From Phenylobacterium sp. (GTDB lineage: Bacteria > Pseudomonadota > Alphaproteobacteria > Caulobacterales > Caulobacteraceae), in NCBI RefSeq assembly GCF_030645195.1, contig NZ_JAUSLW010000111.1, positions 1,885-65,884 of the forward strand: 64,000 nt of DNA, in the 5' to 3' direction. The position numbers and the translations under genes were made by a program. Positions 44,173 through 53,342 of this stretch are shown piece by piece. Under the pieces are notes generated by a model. The model worked only from the letters and a program-made list of their open reading frames with translations, did no database searches and was not told the DNA's origin. Numbering within the stretch: the stretch's first letter is position 1; the number at the start of each line of letters is the position of its first letter.

Positions 44173-44234
44173 AGGTGATCGGCGCCATCGAGAGCCTGCA
44201 GGCCGCCTGCGAACGCCTGGAGGCCAGGCTCTAG
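44173..44234 (+). repeat. Right direct repeat (non-coding copy of the merR 3' end)
   Basis: Its terminal CTAG contains the minus-strand stop of the chemoreceptor. Confidence 0.95.
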
Positions 44235-45817
44235 AACTCCTCCCAGGCGTCCTGGGCCGCGCCGCCGTAGCTGGCGGCGAGCCTTTGGGTCAGGGCTCGG
44301 GCCGGAGAGGCGGGCGGTTTCGCCGGCGCGGGGATTCGGACCGTCGCCGGACCGCCCTGTGACGCCGTCCCCACCCGGAACCGGGTCATCAGGTCCGTGA
44401 GGGCCGCCGTCTCCGCCTTGAGGGCGTGGGTCGCGGCGGTGGACTGCTCCACCATGGCCGCGTTCTGCTGAACCACATGATCCATCTGGTTGACCGCGGC
44501 GTTCACCTCCGAGAGTCCGGTGGCCTGCTCCTGGGCCGAGGCCGAGATTCCGGAGATCACCACGTCGATCTCCGCCACCTTGCTGGCGATCGCCTGCAGG
44601 GCCTGGCCGGTCTCGCCCACCAGGGACACCCCCTGGTCGACCTGCTGACCCGAGGCCGAGATGAGGGTCTTGATCTCCTTGGCGGCCTCGGCCGAGCGCT
44701 GGGCGAGCGCGCGGACCTCCGACGCCACCACGGCGAAGCCGCGGCCGGCGTCCCCGGCCCGGGCGGCCTCGACGCCGGCGTTGAGGGCCAGGAGGTTGGT
44801 CTGGAAGGCGATCTCGTCGATCACCCCGATGATCTGGCTGATCTGGCGCGAGGAGTCCTCGATCTGCCCCATGGCGCCGACCGCCAGGGCGACCACCTCG
44901 CCGGAGCGCTCGGCCTGGCCCTTGGCCTCGGCGACGGCGCTGCTGGCCTGGCGTGCGCCGTCGGCGGTGTTGGACACCGTGGCGGTGATCTCGTCGAGGG
45001 CTGCGGCGGTCTGCTCCAGGCCCGCGGCCTGCTGCTCGGTCCGGCGCGACAGGTCGTCGGAGGCGTGCGCCAGCTCGTCGGAACTGGCGCCGATGGCCGA
45101 GGTCGTGCGGGCCACCGCGGCCATGGTGTCCTCCATCTGGGCGACGGCGGCGTTGAAGTCGCGGCAGAGCTGCAGGTACTCCTCCGGCAGGTCCTCTGGC
45201 ATGCGGTAGGTGAGGTCGCCCGCGGCCAGGGCGGCCATGCCCGCGCCGACCGAGCCCACCACCACGGCGCGCTCCTGGGCCAGGGTCTCGGCCTGGGCCG
45301 TCAGGCGTGCGACTTCGGCGGCCTCCAGATAGACCGAGATCGCATAGTCCATGTCCAGCAGGGTGGCCTTGGCCAGGGCGCCAAGCTCCGCGGCGACCTC
45401 CGAGACCTTGGGCCCCTTGGCGCCGAATCCGCCCTTCGGCCAGCGGGCCTTGAGGACCGCCCCGATCAGGGAGCTCAACACCAGGGCGTAGCCGCCGATG
45501 TACCAGCGGGGCTCCAGGCCGATGCGGGCGTGGGTCTCCCCCACCGTGGTGACGGCGCGCACATAGGTCTGGTCGAACTGGCCGCTGGAGATCGTCTCCC
45601 AGTGGCCGACCTGGCGGCTCTTGGCGCTGGCGACGTGACCCTGGCTGGTGAAGAACTTCCGGGTCTCGGGGTAGGATTGAATCTGAGCGTAGAATGCGTC
45701 GAGGGCGCTTGGCAGCTCCCCCATGATCACCGGCTTGGTCCGGCGGAGGTTCGCCTGGGCGTCGGCGTCCAGTTGCATGAAGTTCAAACGGTCGGCCAGG
45801 GAGTCACTTTGAGACAT
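44231..45817 (-). CDS. Globin-coupled methyl-accepting chemotaxis protein (HemAT-like, soluble)
   Basis: [19 protein letters not shown] proximal His motif; [28 protein letters not shown] signalling tip. Confidence 0.92.
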   Translation of the reverse strand: MSQSDSLADRLNFMQLDADAQANLRRTKPVIMGELPSALDAFYAQIQSYPETRKFFTSQGHVASAKSRQVGHWETISSGQFDQTYVRAVTTVGETHARIGLEPRWYIGGYALVLSSLIGAVLKARWPKGGFGAKGPKVSEVAAELGALAKATLLDMDYAISVYLEAAEVARLTAQAETLAQERAVVVGSVGAGMAALAAGDLTYRMPEDLPEEYLQLCRDFNAAVAQMEDTMAAVARTTSAIGASSDELAHASDDLSRRTEQQAAGLEQTAAALDEITATVSNTADGARQASSAVAEAKGQAERSGEVVALAVGAMGQIEDSSRQISQIIGVIDEIAFQTNLLALNAGVEAARAGDAGRGFAVVASEVRALAQRSAEAAKEIKTLISASGQQVDQGVSLVGETGQALQAIASKVAEIDVVISGISASAQEQATGLSEVNAAVNQMDHVVQQNAAMVEQSTAATHALKAETAALTDLMTRFRVGTASQGGPATVRIPAPAKPPASPARALTQRLAASYGGAAQDAWEEF

Positions 45818-46150
45818 GACGGCTTCCTCAGGTTGATCTGCCCATGCCGCGCGATTAATATTAACAGAACAAAAATACAGACTTTTCACTCAACCTATTG
45901 GTTAGAATTGATATGCACAAACATAGATTTATATATCACAAGATATAACGTCGGTATGGATTGGCGTTGAGTTCTCATCTCTCGCCTTAGGCGAAGCTCT
46001 TCCGTTATGACGTCGCGAATCATCTTGTATATATCTGAGGATATAGAGACGTGATGGGCTTCCCGTGCGACGAATCGGCCATTAACCATTGCATGCATGT
46101 GGTCTTTGTGATTTCGAGTGCCCAATGTCGGCTGCCTCACTTTGACGGAT

Positions 46151-46825
46151 ATGAATCCCGCGGCAGTGCGCCCACCGCCGGGCTCGACGGCGCGGAACCC
46201 TGACAAGGCGCTCCTGCTCGTCGAGGAGAAGCCGATCTGCCGGATGGCCATAGTCCAGCTCTTGGCGGAGGTCGGGGGCGTCGGATCGGTGCGTTACGCC
46301 GCCTCCATCGAGGACGCCCTGGACCAGGCCGAGGCCCTCAAGCCCGAGCTCCTCCTCGTCGACCTGTTCAGCATCAACTATGAGTTCGGCGCCCTGAGGC
46401 GGCTTCTCTCGTTGGCCGCGCCCGCCGCCGCGATCGTGGTGGATGACCGGGTCAATCCGACCTTCGCGCGGCTGGCCAAGGACGCCGGGGCGAGCGGCTA
46501 CGCCTCCAAGGACTTCGACCTGCCGCAGTTCAAGTCGGCCCTTCAGGCGGTCATCGTCGGCGGCGCCTACTTCCCGCGCGACATCCTGCCCGACCAGATC
46601 GGCCTGCGGGTTCCCCGGTCCGCCGCCGGCCTCTCGGCGCGCCAGCTGGAGGTCCTCAAGCAGATGGCGGTGGGCAAGACCAACCGCGAGATCGGCGAGG
46701 CCCTGGGCATCACGCCGGGGACCGTCAAGCTGCACATCCACTCGATCCTGCAGCTCACCGGCGCCCGCAACCGGACCGAGGCCGCCCTCATCGCGGGCCG
46801 CTTCCTGGCGCCTGCTATCGGTTGA
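46151..46825 (+). CDS. NarL/FixJ-type response regulator, atypical receiver
   Basis: LLVEE..LLVDL..GYASK receiver; LSARQLEVL..GKTNREIG..TVKLH HTH. Confidence 0.85.
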   Translation: MNPAAVRPPPGSTARNPDKALLLVEEKPICRMAIVQLLAEVGGVGSVRYAASIEDALDQAEALKPELLLVDLFSINYEFGALRRLLSLAAPAAAIVVDDRVNPTFARLAKDAGASGYASKDFDLPQFKSALQAVIVGGAYFPRDILPDQIGLRVPRSAAGLSARQLEVLKQMAVGKTNREIGEALGITPGTVKLHIHSILQLTGARNRTEAALIAGRFLAPAIG

Positions 46826-46894
46826 GCCGCCGCCCCTTGACGCGCCCACGGCCAAGCCTGGTAAGCCGGACGCACAGCAACGCGTGGAACGACC

Positions 46895-47539
46895 ATGACC
46901 GATTTCCCTGAGGACATCTTCTCCGAGCAGGAGGACATCGATGTCGACACCCTGGCCAATCTCGGTCCCCTGCGCGCCCTGGCCGGGGTCTGGGTGGGGG
47001 TGAAGGGGTTCGATATCAATCCCGATGCCGACGCGCCGCGCCGCCAGGACTATGTCGAGCATATCGACCTGCAGCCCATCGACCCGCAGTCCAATGGCCC
47101 CCAGTTGCTCTACGGCCTGCGCTATCACGCCCACATCGTGAAGCCGGGCGAGGTCGAGACCTATCACGACCAGGTGGGCTACTGGCTCTGGGAGCCGGCC
47201 AGCGGGATGATCGTCCACTCCCTGACCATTCCCCGCGGCCAGATCGTGCTGGCCGGCGGTAAGGCCGAGCCTGACGCCACGCAATTTGAAGTCAACGCGA
47301 CGCGGGGCTCGACAGAGTACGGCATCTGCTCCCAAGGCTTCCTGGAGCACGCCTTCCGCACCGACGCCTTCCGGATGGTGGTGACGGTCAACCCCGACGG
47401 AACCTGGTCCTATTTCGAGGACACCATCCTGCAGGTCCGCGGCCGGCCCGACCCCTTCCACCACACTGACCGCAACACCCTGACCCGGGTGGCTCCGCCG
47501 ACTCCGAACCCGCTGGCCCAGGCGGCCGCCGCCAACTGA
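46895..47539 (+). CDS. Nitrobindin-like/FABP-fold heme-binding beta-barrel (DUF1794)
   Basis: LGPLRALAGVW.G..G, YHDQVGYWLWEP, C-terminal FHHTDRNTL. Confidence 0.75.
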   Translation: MTDFPEDIFSEQEDIDVDTLANLGPLRALAGVWVGVKGFDINPDADAPRRQDYVEHIDLQPIDPQSNGPQLLYGLRYHAHIVKPGEVETYHDQVGYWLWEPASGMIVHSLTIPRGQIVLAGGKAEPDATQFEVNATRGSTEYGICSQGFLEHAFRTDAFRMVVTVNPDGTWSYFEDTILQVRGRPDPFHHTDRNTLTRVAPPTPNPLAQAAAAN

Positions 47540-47614
47540 CGGGGGCTGTCAGGGCGGCGATCCATGCTAGTCAGGGCGCGCGGCGGACGAAGCGCCGATG
47601 GCGTCGAGACGAGA

Positions 47615-48904
47615 ATGCTTGAGAGTCCCTTCACCCGGTCCCCGGTGAACATCGCCGTCATCGGACTGGGCTATGTCGGCCTGCCCCTCGCGGTCGCCCT
47701 GGCGGAGCGTTATCCCGTCGTCGGCTTCGACATTGGGGCCGAGCGGATCGCCGAGCTGAAGGCCGGCCACGACCGCACCCTGGAGGTGGACGCCGCCGAG
47801 CTGGAGGCCGCCGCCGACCTGTCCTTTTCCCTGGACGAGGCCGATCTTGCGGCCTGCAACGTCTTCATCGTCACGGTGCCGACCCCCATCGACCGCCACA
47901 AGCGGCCTGACCTTTCCGCGCTGCTGGCCGCCAGCCGCACCGTCGGCCGGGCGATCTCCAAGGGCGGGGTGGTGATCTACGAATCCACCGTCTATCCGGG
48001 CGCCACCGAGGAGGACTGCGTGCCGGTGGTGGAACAGGTCTCGGGCCTGGTCTTCAACACCGACTTCTTCGCCGGCTACAGCCCCGAGCGCGCCAATCCC
48101 GGCGACCGGGCCCATCGGCTGTCCTCGATCATCAAGGTGACCTCCGGTTCGACGCCCCAGGCCGCGGCCTTCGTCGACGCCCTCTACGGCGCGGTGGTGA
48201 CGGCGGGCACCCACCTGGCCAGCTCCATCCGGGTGGCCGAGGCCGCCAAGGTGATCGAGAACACCCAGCGGGACCTGAACATCGCGCTGATCAACGAATT
48301 TGCTTTGATCTTCAACCGCCTGGGCGTGGACACTCAGGAGGTGCTCGCCGCCGCCGGGACCAAGTGGAACTTCCTGAAGTTCCAGCCGGGCCTGGTGGGC
48401 GGCCACTGCATCGGGGTCGATCCCTACTACCTGACCCACAAGGCCCAGGACGCCGGCTATGATCCCCAGGTGATCCTGGCCGGCCGCCGGATCAATGACG
48501 GCATGGGCGCCTATATCGCCCAGAGCCTGATCAAGACCCTGATCCATCGCGACGCCAAGGTGCGTGGCGCCCGGGTGCTGGTGATGGGCCTGACCTTCAA
48601 GGAGAACTGCCCCGACCTGCGCAACACCCGCGTCATCGACATCGTCCGCGAGCTCGCCGACTACGGGATCGCCGTCGACGTCCACGATCCCTGGGTGAAT
48701 CCCGACGAGGCCCAGCACGAATATGGGGTCTGCCCCGTCGCCGACCTGGCGCCGGGCGCCTATGACGCCATCGTCGTGGCCGTGGCCCATTCGGCCTTCC
48801 TGGAGATGGGTCTGCCGGCGATCCGCGCCCTCGGCAAGCCCGGCGCGGTGCTCTACGACGTCAAGTCGGTCTTCCCCAAGGGCGAGGCCGACCTGCGCCT
48901 CTAG
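47615..48904 (+). CDS. UDP-N-acetylhexosamine 6-dehydrogenase (WbpO/TviB type)
   Basis: [42 protein letters not shown]. Confidence 0.92.
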   Translation: MLESPFTRSPVNIAVIGLGYVGLPLAVALAERYPVVGFDIGAERIAELKAGHDRTLEVDAAELEAAADLSFSLDEADLAACNVFIVTVPTPIDRHKRPDLSALLAASRTVGRAISKGGVVIYESTVYPGATEEDCVPVVEQVSGLVFNTDFFAGYSPERANPGDRAHRLSSIIKVTSGSTPQAAAFVDALYGAVVTAGTHLASSIRVAEAAKVIENTQRDLNIALINEFALIFNRLGVDTQEVLAAAGTKWNFLKFQPGLVGGHCIGVDPYYLTHKAQDAGYDPQVILAGRRINDGMGAYIAQSLIKTLIHRDAKVRGARVLVMGLTFKENCPDLRNTRVIDIVRELADYGIAVDVHDPWVNPDEAQHEYGVCPVADLAPGAYDAIVVAVAHSAFLEMGLPAIRALGKPGAVLYDVKSVFPKGEADLRL

Positions 48905-49018
48905 AGCATTTTCCGATAAGTGTGAAACGGTTATCGGATCGAGAAATGCTCTAACTTTTTGAATTAGAGTCCTTTTTATCCGATCTGATTGAAGCGATCA
49001 GATCGGAAAGGGCTCTAG
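48901..49018. repeat. CIR-like double-hairpin intergenic repeat (118 bp, distinct subfamily)
   Basis: CTAG ends, TAGAGCATTT..AAATGCTCTA hairpin, TTTTTGAATT linker, second hairpin, one GANTC site. Confidence 0.85.
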
Positions 49019-49629
49019 GTCAGCGCCCGCGCCACCACCGGCGCCAGCCGCTGGGCGATCAGGGCCGCGCCCTGGGCGTTGGGGTGGATGCCGTCGCGCT
49101 GGTTGAGCTTGGTGAGGCCCGCCACCCCGGCCAGGAGGTTCGGGTAGAAGGCCACGCCCTGGGCCTTGGCCACGGCCGGGAAGACCGCGTTGAACTCCCG
49201 CGCATAGCCCCCGCCGATGGCGGGTGGCGCGGTGAGACCCGCCAGCAGCACCTTGATCTTCCTGGCCTTCAGCCGCCGGACGATGGCCTCCAGATTGGCC
49301 CGGGTCGCCGAGGGCTTCAGCCCGCGCAGCAGGTCGTTGCCGCCCAAGGCCACGATGCAGAGGCGGGTGTCGCGCTGGACGCTGAAGTCCACCCGCGCCA
49401 GGCCACCGGCCGTGGTGTCGCCGGAGACCCCGGCTGGCCGGATCGTGGCGGTCTTGCCCAGCCTGCCCAGCTCCGCCTGGAGGCGGGCGGGGAAGGCGGC
49501 CGAGGCGGGCAGGCCGAACCCGGCGGTGATCGAATCCCCCAGGATGCTCACCACGGGCCGGGCCGCGGCCAGGGACGGCAGCGGGACGGAGAGGGCGGCG
49601 GCGGCGATCAGGTTTCGTCGGGTCAGCAT
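49015..49629 (-). CDS. tesA: GDSL/SGNH arylesterase (TesA-like), Tat-type signal
   Basis: GDSITAG, GVSGDTTAGG, GGND, DGIHP; TRRNL twin-arginine leader. Confidence 0.9.
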   Translation of the reverse strand: MLTRRNLIAAAALSVPLPSLAAARPVVSILGDSITAGFGLPASAAFPARLQAELGRLGKTATIRPAGVSGDTTAGGLARVDFSVQRDTRLCIVALGGNDLLRGLKPSATRANLEAIVRRLKARKIKVLLAGLTAPPAIGGGYAREFNAVFPAVAKAQGVAFYPNLLAGVAGLTKLNQRDGIHPNAQGAALIAQRLAPVVARALT

Positions 49630-49703
49630 GGGGTGGGTGTTTCGGCCATGAGTCTGTCCTATTTAAGGGCTCAAGACGGCGGCTCAATGGACTTGGAGGG
49701 CGC

Positions 49704-50396
49704 TTGGCCCAGACGACGGACGATGCTTGCCCGGTGGCCCTCGACGGGGTCTCCCTCAGCCTGCCCTCCGCGGCGGGGACCGTCGATATCCTGCGGGACT
49801 TGGACTTCCGCGTGGCGCCGGGCGAGCGGGTGGCGGTGACCGGGCCCTCGGGCTCGGGCAAGTCCTCCCTGATCTCGGTGGCGGCCGGACTGGAGTTGCC
49901 CACGGCGGGGACGGTGCGCCTGTTTGGCCAGGACCTCGCCCGGCTTGACGAGGATGGCCGCGCCCGCCTGCGGCGAGGTCGGGTCTCCCTGGTCTTCCAG
50001 TCCTTCCACCTGCTGCCCAACATGACCGCGGCGGAGAACATCGCCGCGCCCCTGGAGATCGCCGGCCGCCGCGACGCAGCCGACCTGGCCCGCGCCTGGC
50101 TCGACCGGGTGGGGCTCTCGGCCCGGGGGCGGCACTATCCACACCAGCTCTCCGGGGGGGAGCAGCAGCGGATCGCCCTGGCCCGGGCGCTAGCGCCGCG
50201 GCCGGCCCTGCTGTTCGCCGACGAGCCCACCGGAAATCTCGACGCCGCCAACGCCGCCCTGGTGGCCGGCCTGATGTTCGACCTGGTGGCCGAGACCGGC
50301 GCCGCACTGGTCCTGGTCACCCATGACGAGGCCCTGGCCCGGCGCGCCGACCGGCAGGTTCGGCTGAGCGACGGACGCACGGTCCTCGCCGCATGA
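49704..50396 (+). CDS. ybbA: ABC transporter ATP-binding protein (YbbA-like)
   Basis: GPSGSGKS, LSGGEQQR, ADEPTGNLD, VTHD; divergent from tesA. Confidence 0.9.
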   Translation: MAQTTDDACPVALDGVSLSLPSAAGTVDILRDLDFRVAPGERVAVTGPSGSGKSSLISVAAGLELPTAGTVRLFGQDLARLDEDGRARLRRGRVSLVFQSFHLLPNMTAAENIAAPLEIAGRRDAADLARAWLDRVGLSARGRHYPHQLSGGEQQRIALARALAPRPALLFADEPTGNLDAANAALVAGLMFDLVAETGAALVLVTHDEALARRADRQVRLSDGRTVLAA

Positions 50397-52912
50397 CGCC
50401 TCTGTCCTGGCGCTTCGCCCTCCGCGAGCTGCGCGGCGGGGTGCGGGGGTTCCGCATCTTCCTGGCCTGCCTGGCGCTGGGGGTGGCCGCCATCGCCGCC
50501 GCCGGTTCGACCGCCGAGGCTTTCCGCCAGGGCCTGGCCAGCCAGGCGCGCGAGATCCTCGGCGGCGACCTGGCCGCGACCCTTGAGCAGCGGCGGTTCA
50601 GCCCCGCAGAGCGCGCCGCGATCTCCAAGATGGGCCAGGTGTCCTGGGCGGTCAGCGCCCGAGCCATGGCCGAGGCGCCCTCCGGCGAGCGGCGGCTGGT
50701 GGAGCTGCGCGGGGTGGGCGGCGCCTATCCCCTGGCCGGCAAGGTCGAGCTCCAGGGAGCGACGTCGCTGGCCCAGGCCCTGGCGCCCGTGGACGGGGTG
50801 CCCGGCGCGGCGGTGGAACAGGCCCTGCTGGACCGCCTGGGCTTGAAGCTCGGGGACCGGCTGCTGGTGGGGAACACCCCCATGGTGGCCCGCGCCGTTC
50901 TGTTGCAGGAGCCCGACCGCCTGTCGCGGGGCTTCGCCCTGGGCCCGCGGGTGCTGACCCGGATGGAGGTGGTGGAGCAGGGGGGGTTCCTGGCGCCGGG
51001 CCTGCCCTTCGGCGAGACCGCGCGGATCGCCCTGCCGCCCGGCGAGGCCACCGCCCCGGCCGCCAAGACCCTTCGCAAGGCGCTGAAGGGCGCCGAGGCG
51101 CGCATCCGCGAGCGCGACGAGGCCGCACCCGGGATCCGCCGGCTGATCGAGCAGCTCGAATACTTCCTGGGCTTCATCGGACTGGCCTCCCTGGTGGCCG
51201 GCGGGCTTGGGGTGCATGGCGCCGTCTCGGCCTTCCTCGAACAACGCAAGCCGGTGATCGCGGTGCTGAAGGCCCTGGGCGCCGAAGGGCCGCTGGTGCG
51301 CAATCTCTACCTGATCCAGATCGGCGCGCTGGCCTTGATGGGCGTCGCCATCGGCCTGGCCGTGGGGGCTGCCGCGCCCCTGGTCCTCGGCGCCCTGATC
51401 GCCGACGATCTGCCCGTACCCGCCCTGTTCGGGGTCTATCCGACACCGCTGCTGAAGGCCGCGGCCTTCGGTTTGCTCTCGGCGGCGGCCTTCGCGCTCG
51501 CCCCCTTGGCGCGGGCCCGGCTGACCTCGCCGGCCACCCTGTTCCGCCACGATCTGCCGACCCGGTTCGCCTGGGGCGTGGAGATCATCGGCGCCCTGCT
51601 GGCGGCGGCGGCCCTGGCCGGCCTGGCGGTGGCCACGGCGCCGACCCCGCTGGCGGCGGGGATCATGATCGCCGGGGTGGCGGCGGCGTTCGGGATTCTC
51701 TGGACCCTGGGGCTTGGCGGCGCGTGGCTGGCGGGTCGGGCCCGGATCGGCGCGCGGGGGCCCCTGCGTATCGCCCTGGCAAGCCTCGCCGGTCCCCGCT
51801 CGGCGGCGCGCACCGCCGCGCCGGCCATCGGCCTGGGCGTGGCCCTGCTGGCCGCCGTGGTCCTGATCCAGTCGAGCCTACTGCGGCAGGTGGCCGAGGT
51901 GGCGCCCCGCACCGCCCCGGCCCTGGTGTTCACCGAGATTCCCGGCGACCGCACCGCCGCCTTCGACGCCGCCCTCGCCGAGGCCTTCGGCCGCGCCTTG
52001 ACCCCCGACATGTACCTCCGCGCGCCCTTCGCCACCGGACGCATCAGCCAGATCAAGGGCGGGCCGGTGGCGGCCAGCCAGATCGCCGCCTCCGAACGCT
52101 GGGCCTATGACAACGATATCTCGCTCTCGGCCATCGGCGCCGAGCCACCCAACGCCGGGCTCATCGAGGGAAAGTGGTGGCCGGCCGACTATGCGGGGCC
52201 GCCCCTGCTGGCCATGGAGGCCGACGTGGCCAAGGCCGGAGGCCTGAAGCTGGGGGACCGGGTCACCCTGTCGGTGCTGGGCCGTGATATCGAGGCGACG
52301 GTGGCCGTGCTGCGCAAGGTGGACTTCGGCGGCTTCGGGGCGAGCTTCCCCCTGGTGCTGGATCCCGCCGCCCTGGAGGGCGCCAACCTGCGCCATGTGG
52401 CCATAGCCAAGGCCAGCAAGGCGCAGGAGATCGCGGCCACCCGCGCCCTCGGCGCCGACTTCGCCGAGGTCAACGTCATCTCCGTGCGCGAGCAACTGGA
52501 GGCGGCCACCGAACTGTTCGGCCGGCTGGCCCTGGCCATCCGGGGCGCGGCGGCCGTCGCCGCCCTGGCCGGCCTGCTGGTCCTGGCCGGGGCCATAGCG
52601 GCGGGCGCTCAGTCGCGCATGCGCGAGGCCGCCATCCTCAAGGTTCTTGGCGCCTCGCGGGGCCAGATCCTCAGCGTCTATGTCCTGGAGTACGGCGCCG
52701 TGGGGGTGGTGGCGGGCGCGGCGGGCGTGGCGCTGGGTTGCGCGGCCGCCTGGCCTATCGTCACCAAGGTTTTCCAGGCCCACTGGAGCGTGGACTGGTC
52801 CGGGATCGCGGCCCTGGTGGGCGGGGCGGCCCTGCTGGCGGCGCTCGGTGGTCTGGCGGCGTCGCTGCAGGCCCTGTCGCGCCGCCCGGCTCCCGCCCTG
52901 CGGAGCGAGTAG
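50393..52912 (+). CDS. ybbP: ABC transporter permease (YbbP/FtsX-like)
   Basis: Two MacB/FtsX-type repeats, 839 aa, part of the tesA-ybbA-ybbP arrangement. Confidence 0.88.
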   Translation: MTPLSWRFALRELRGGVRGFRIFLACLALGVAAIAAAGSTAEAFRQGLASQAREILGGDLAATLEQRRFSPAERAAISKMGQVSWAVSARAMAEAPSGERRLVELRGVGGAYPLAGKVELQGATSLAQALAPVDGVPGAAVEQALLDRLGLKLGDRLLVGNTPMVARAVLLQEPDRLSRGFALGPRVLTRMEVVEQGGFLAPGLPFGETARIALPPGEATAPAAKTLRKALKGAEARIRERDEAAPGIRRLIEQLEYFLGFIGLASLVAGGLGVHGAVSAFLEQRKPVIAVLKALGAEGPLVRNLYLIQIGALALMGVAIGLAVGAAAPLVLGALIADDLPVPALFGVYPTPLLKAAAFGLLSAAAFALAPLARARLTSPATLFRHDLPTRFAWGVEIIGALLAAAALAGLAVATAPTPLAAGIMIAGVAAAFGILWTLGLGGAWLAGRARIGARGPLRIALASLAGPRSAARTAAPAIGLGVALLAAVVLIQSSLLRQVAEVAPRTAPALVFTEIPGDRTAAFDAALAEAFGRALTPDMYLRAPFATGRISQIKGGPVAASQIAASERWAYDNDISLSAIGAEPPNAGLIEGKWWPADYAGPPLLAMEADVAKAGGLKLGDRVTLSVLGRDIEATVAVLRKVDFGGFGASFPLVLDPAALEGANLRHVAIAKASKAQEIAATRALGADFAEVNVISVREQLEAATELFGRLALAIRGAAAVAALAGLLVLAGAIAAGAQSRMREAAILKVLGASRGQILSVYVLEYGAVGVVAGAAGVALGCAAAWPIVTKVFQAHWSVDWSGIAALVGGAALLAALGGLAASLQALSRRPAPALRSE

Positions 52913-52974
52913 CTAGAGCACGTCAGGCAGAAGTGGATACCGGTTCCGCCGCCCGACGTGCTCTCAGGGTCTAG
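52913..52974 (+). repeat. Internally deleted CIR-like repeat (62 bp)
   Basis: First 52 nt (2 mismatches) and last 10 nt of the 117-bp element seen at 61556 and 63213. Confidence 0.9.
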
Positions 52975-53234
52975 CGGATCGAGGCGACGGCGGTGGTGGC
53001 GCCGGGGGAATAGAGGCCCATCAGGCCCTCACGGGCGGCGACGGCGCGCGCCGCGCGGGCCGCGTTCTGGCAGATGACGCCGTGGGCGTCGCCGGAGAGA
53101 CACTGCTGCAACGCGGCCTCACGCTCATAGGCGTTGTCGCGGAAATAGGTAAAGGAGCGGTCGATGGAACCCCAACCGACCGAAGCGGTGATGGCCGCCA
53201 AGGCGACCCCGCACCAGAACACAACGCGTACCAT
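52971..53234 (-). CDS. Small exported hypothetical protein
   Basis: Hydrophobic N-terminus, Cys pair QCL..VICQ; stop lies in the repeat's CTAG. Confidence 0.45.
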   Translation of the reverse strand: MVRVVFWCGVALAAITASVGWGSIDRSFTYFRDNAYEREAALQQCLSGDAHGVICQNAARAARAVAAREGLMGLYSPGATTAVASIR

Positions 53235-53342
53235 ATTGAAGCACCCCCCCAGGGCTGGGTGCAAGTCGTAGGCCCCAACCTGGGGCGCCTCAACCCCGCG
53301 CCCGCGTCAGGCGAAGAGATGCAATCCTCAGGGGTGAAAACC

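Larger units (their letters stand above)
42430..44234. mobile_element. 1.8 kb integrase-less hipBA islet between direct repeats
   Basis: Repeat period 1804-1805 bp; the only genes inside are hipA and its antitoxin. Confidence 0.75.

Noticed and set aside
46142-46155. TTGAC-GGAT-ATGAA as a FixK box; also TTGAT-ATGC-ACAAA at 45908
   Set aside because: Both have mismatches in the conserved CAA half. The first overlaps the start codon and the second has the wrong spacing.
45895-46251. 118-aa minus-strand ORF across the AT-rich promoter
   Set aside because: It overlaps the response regulator start, has atypical codon use and no motif; more simply promoter DNA.
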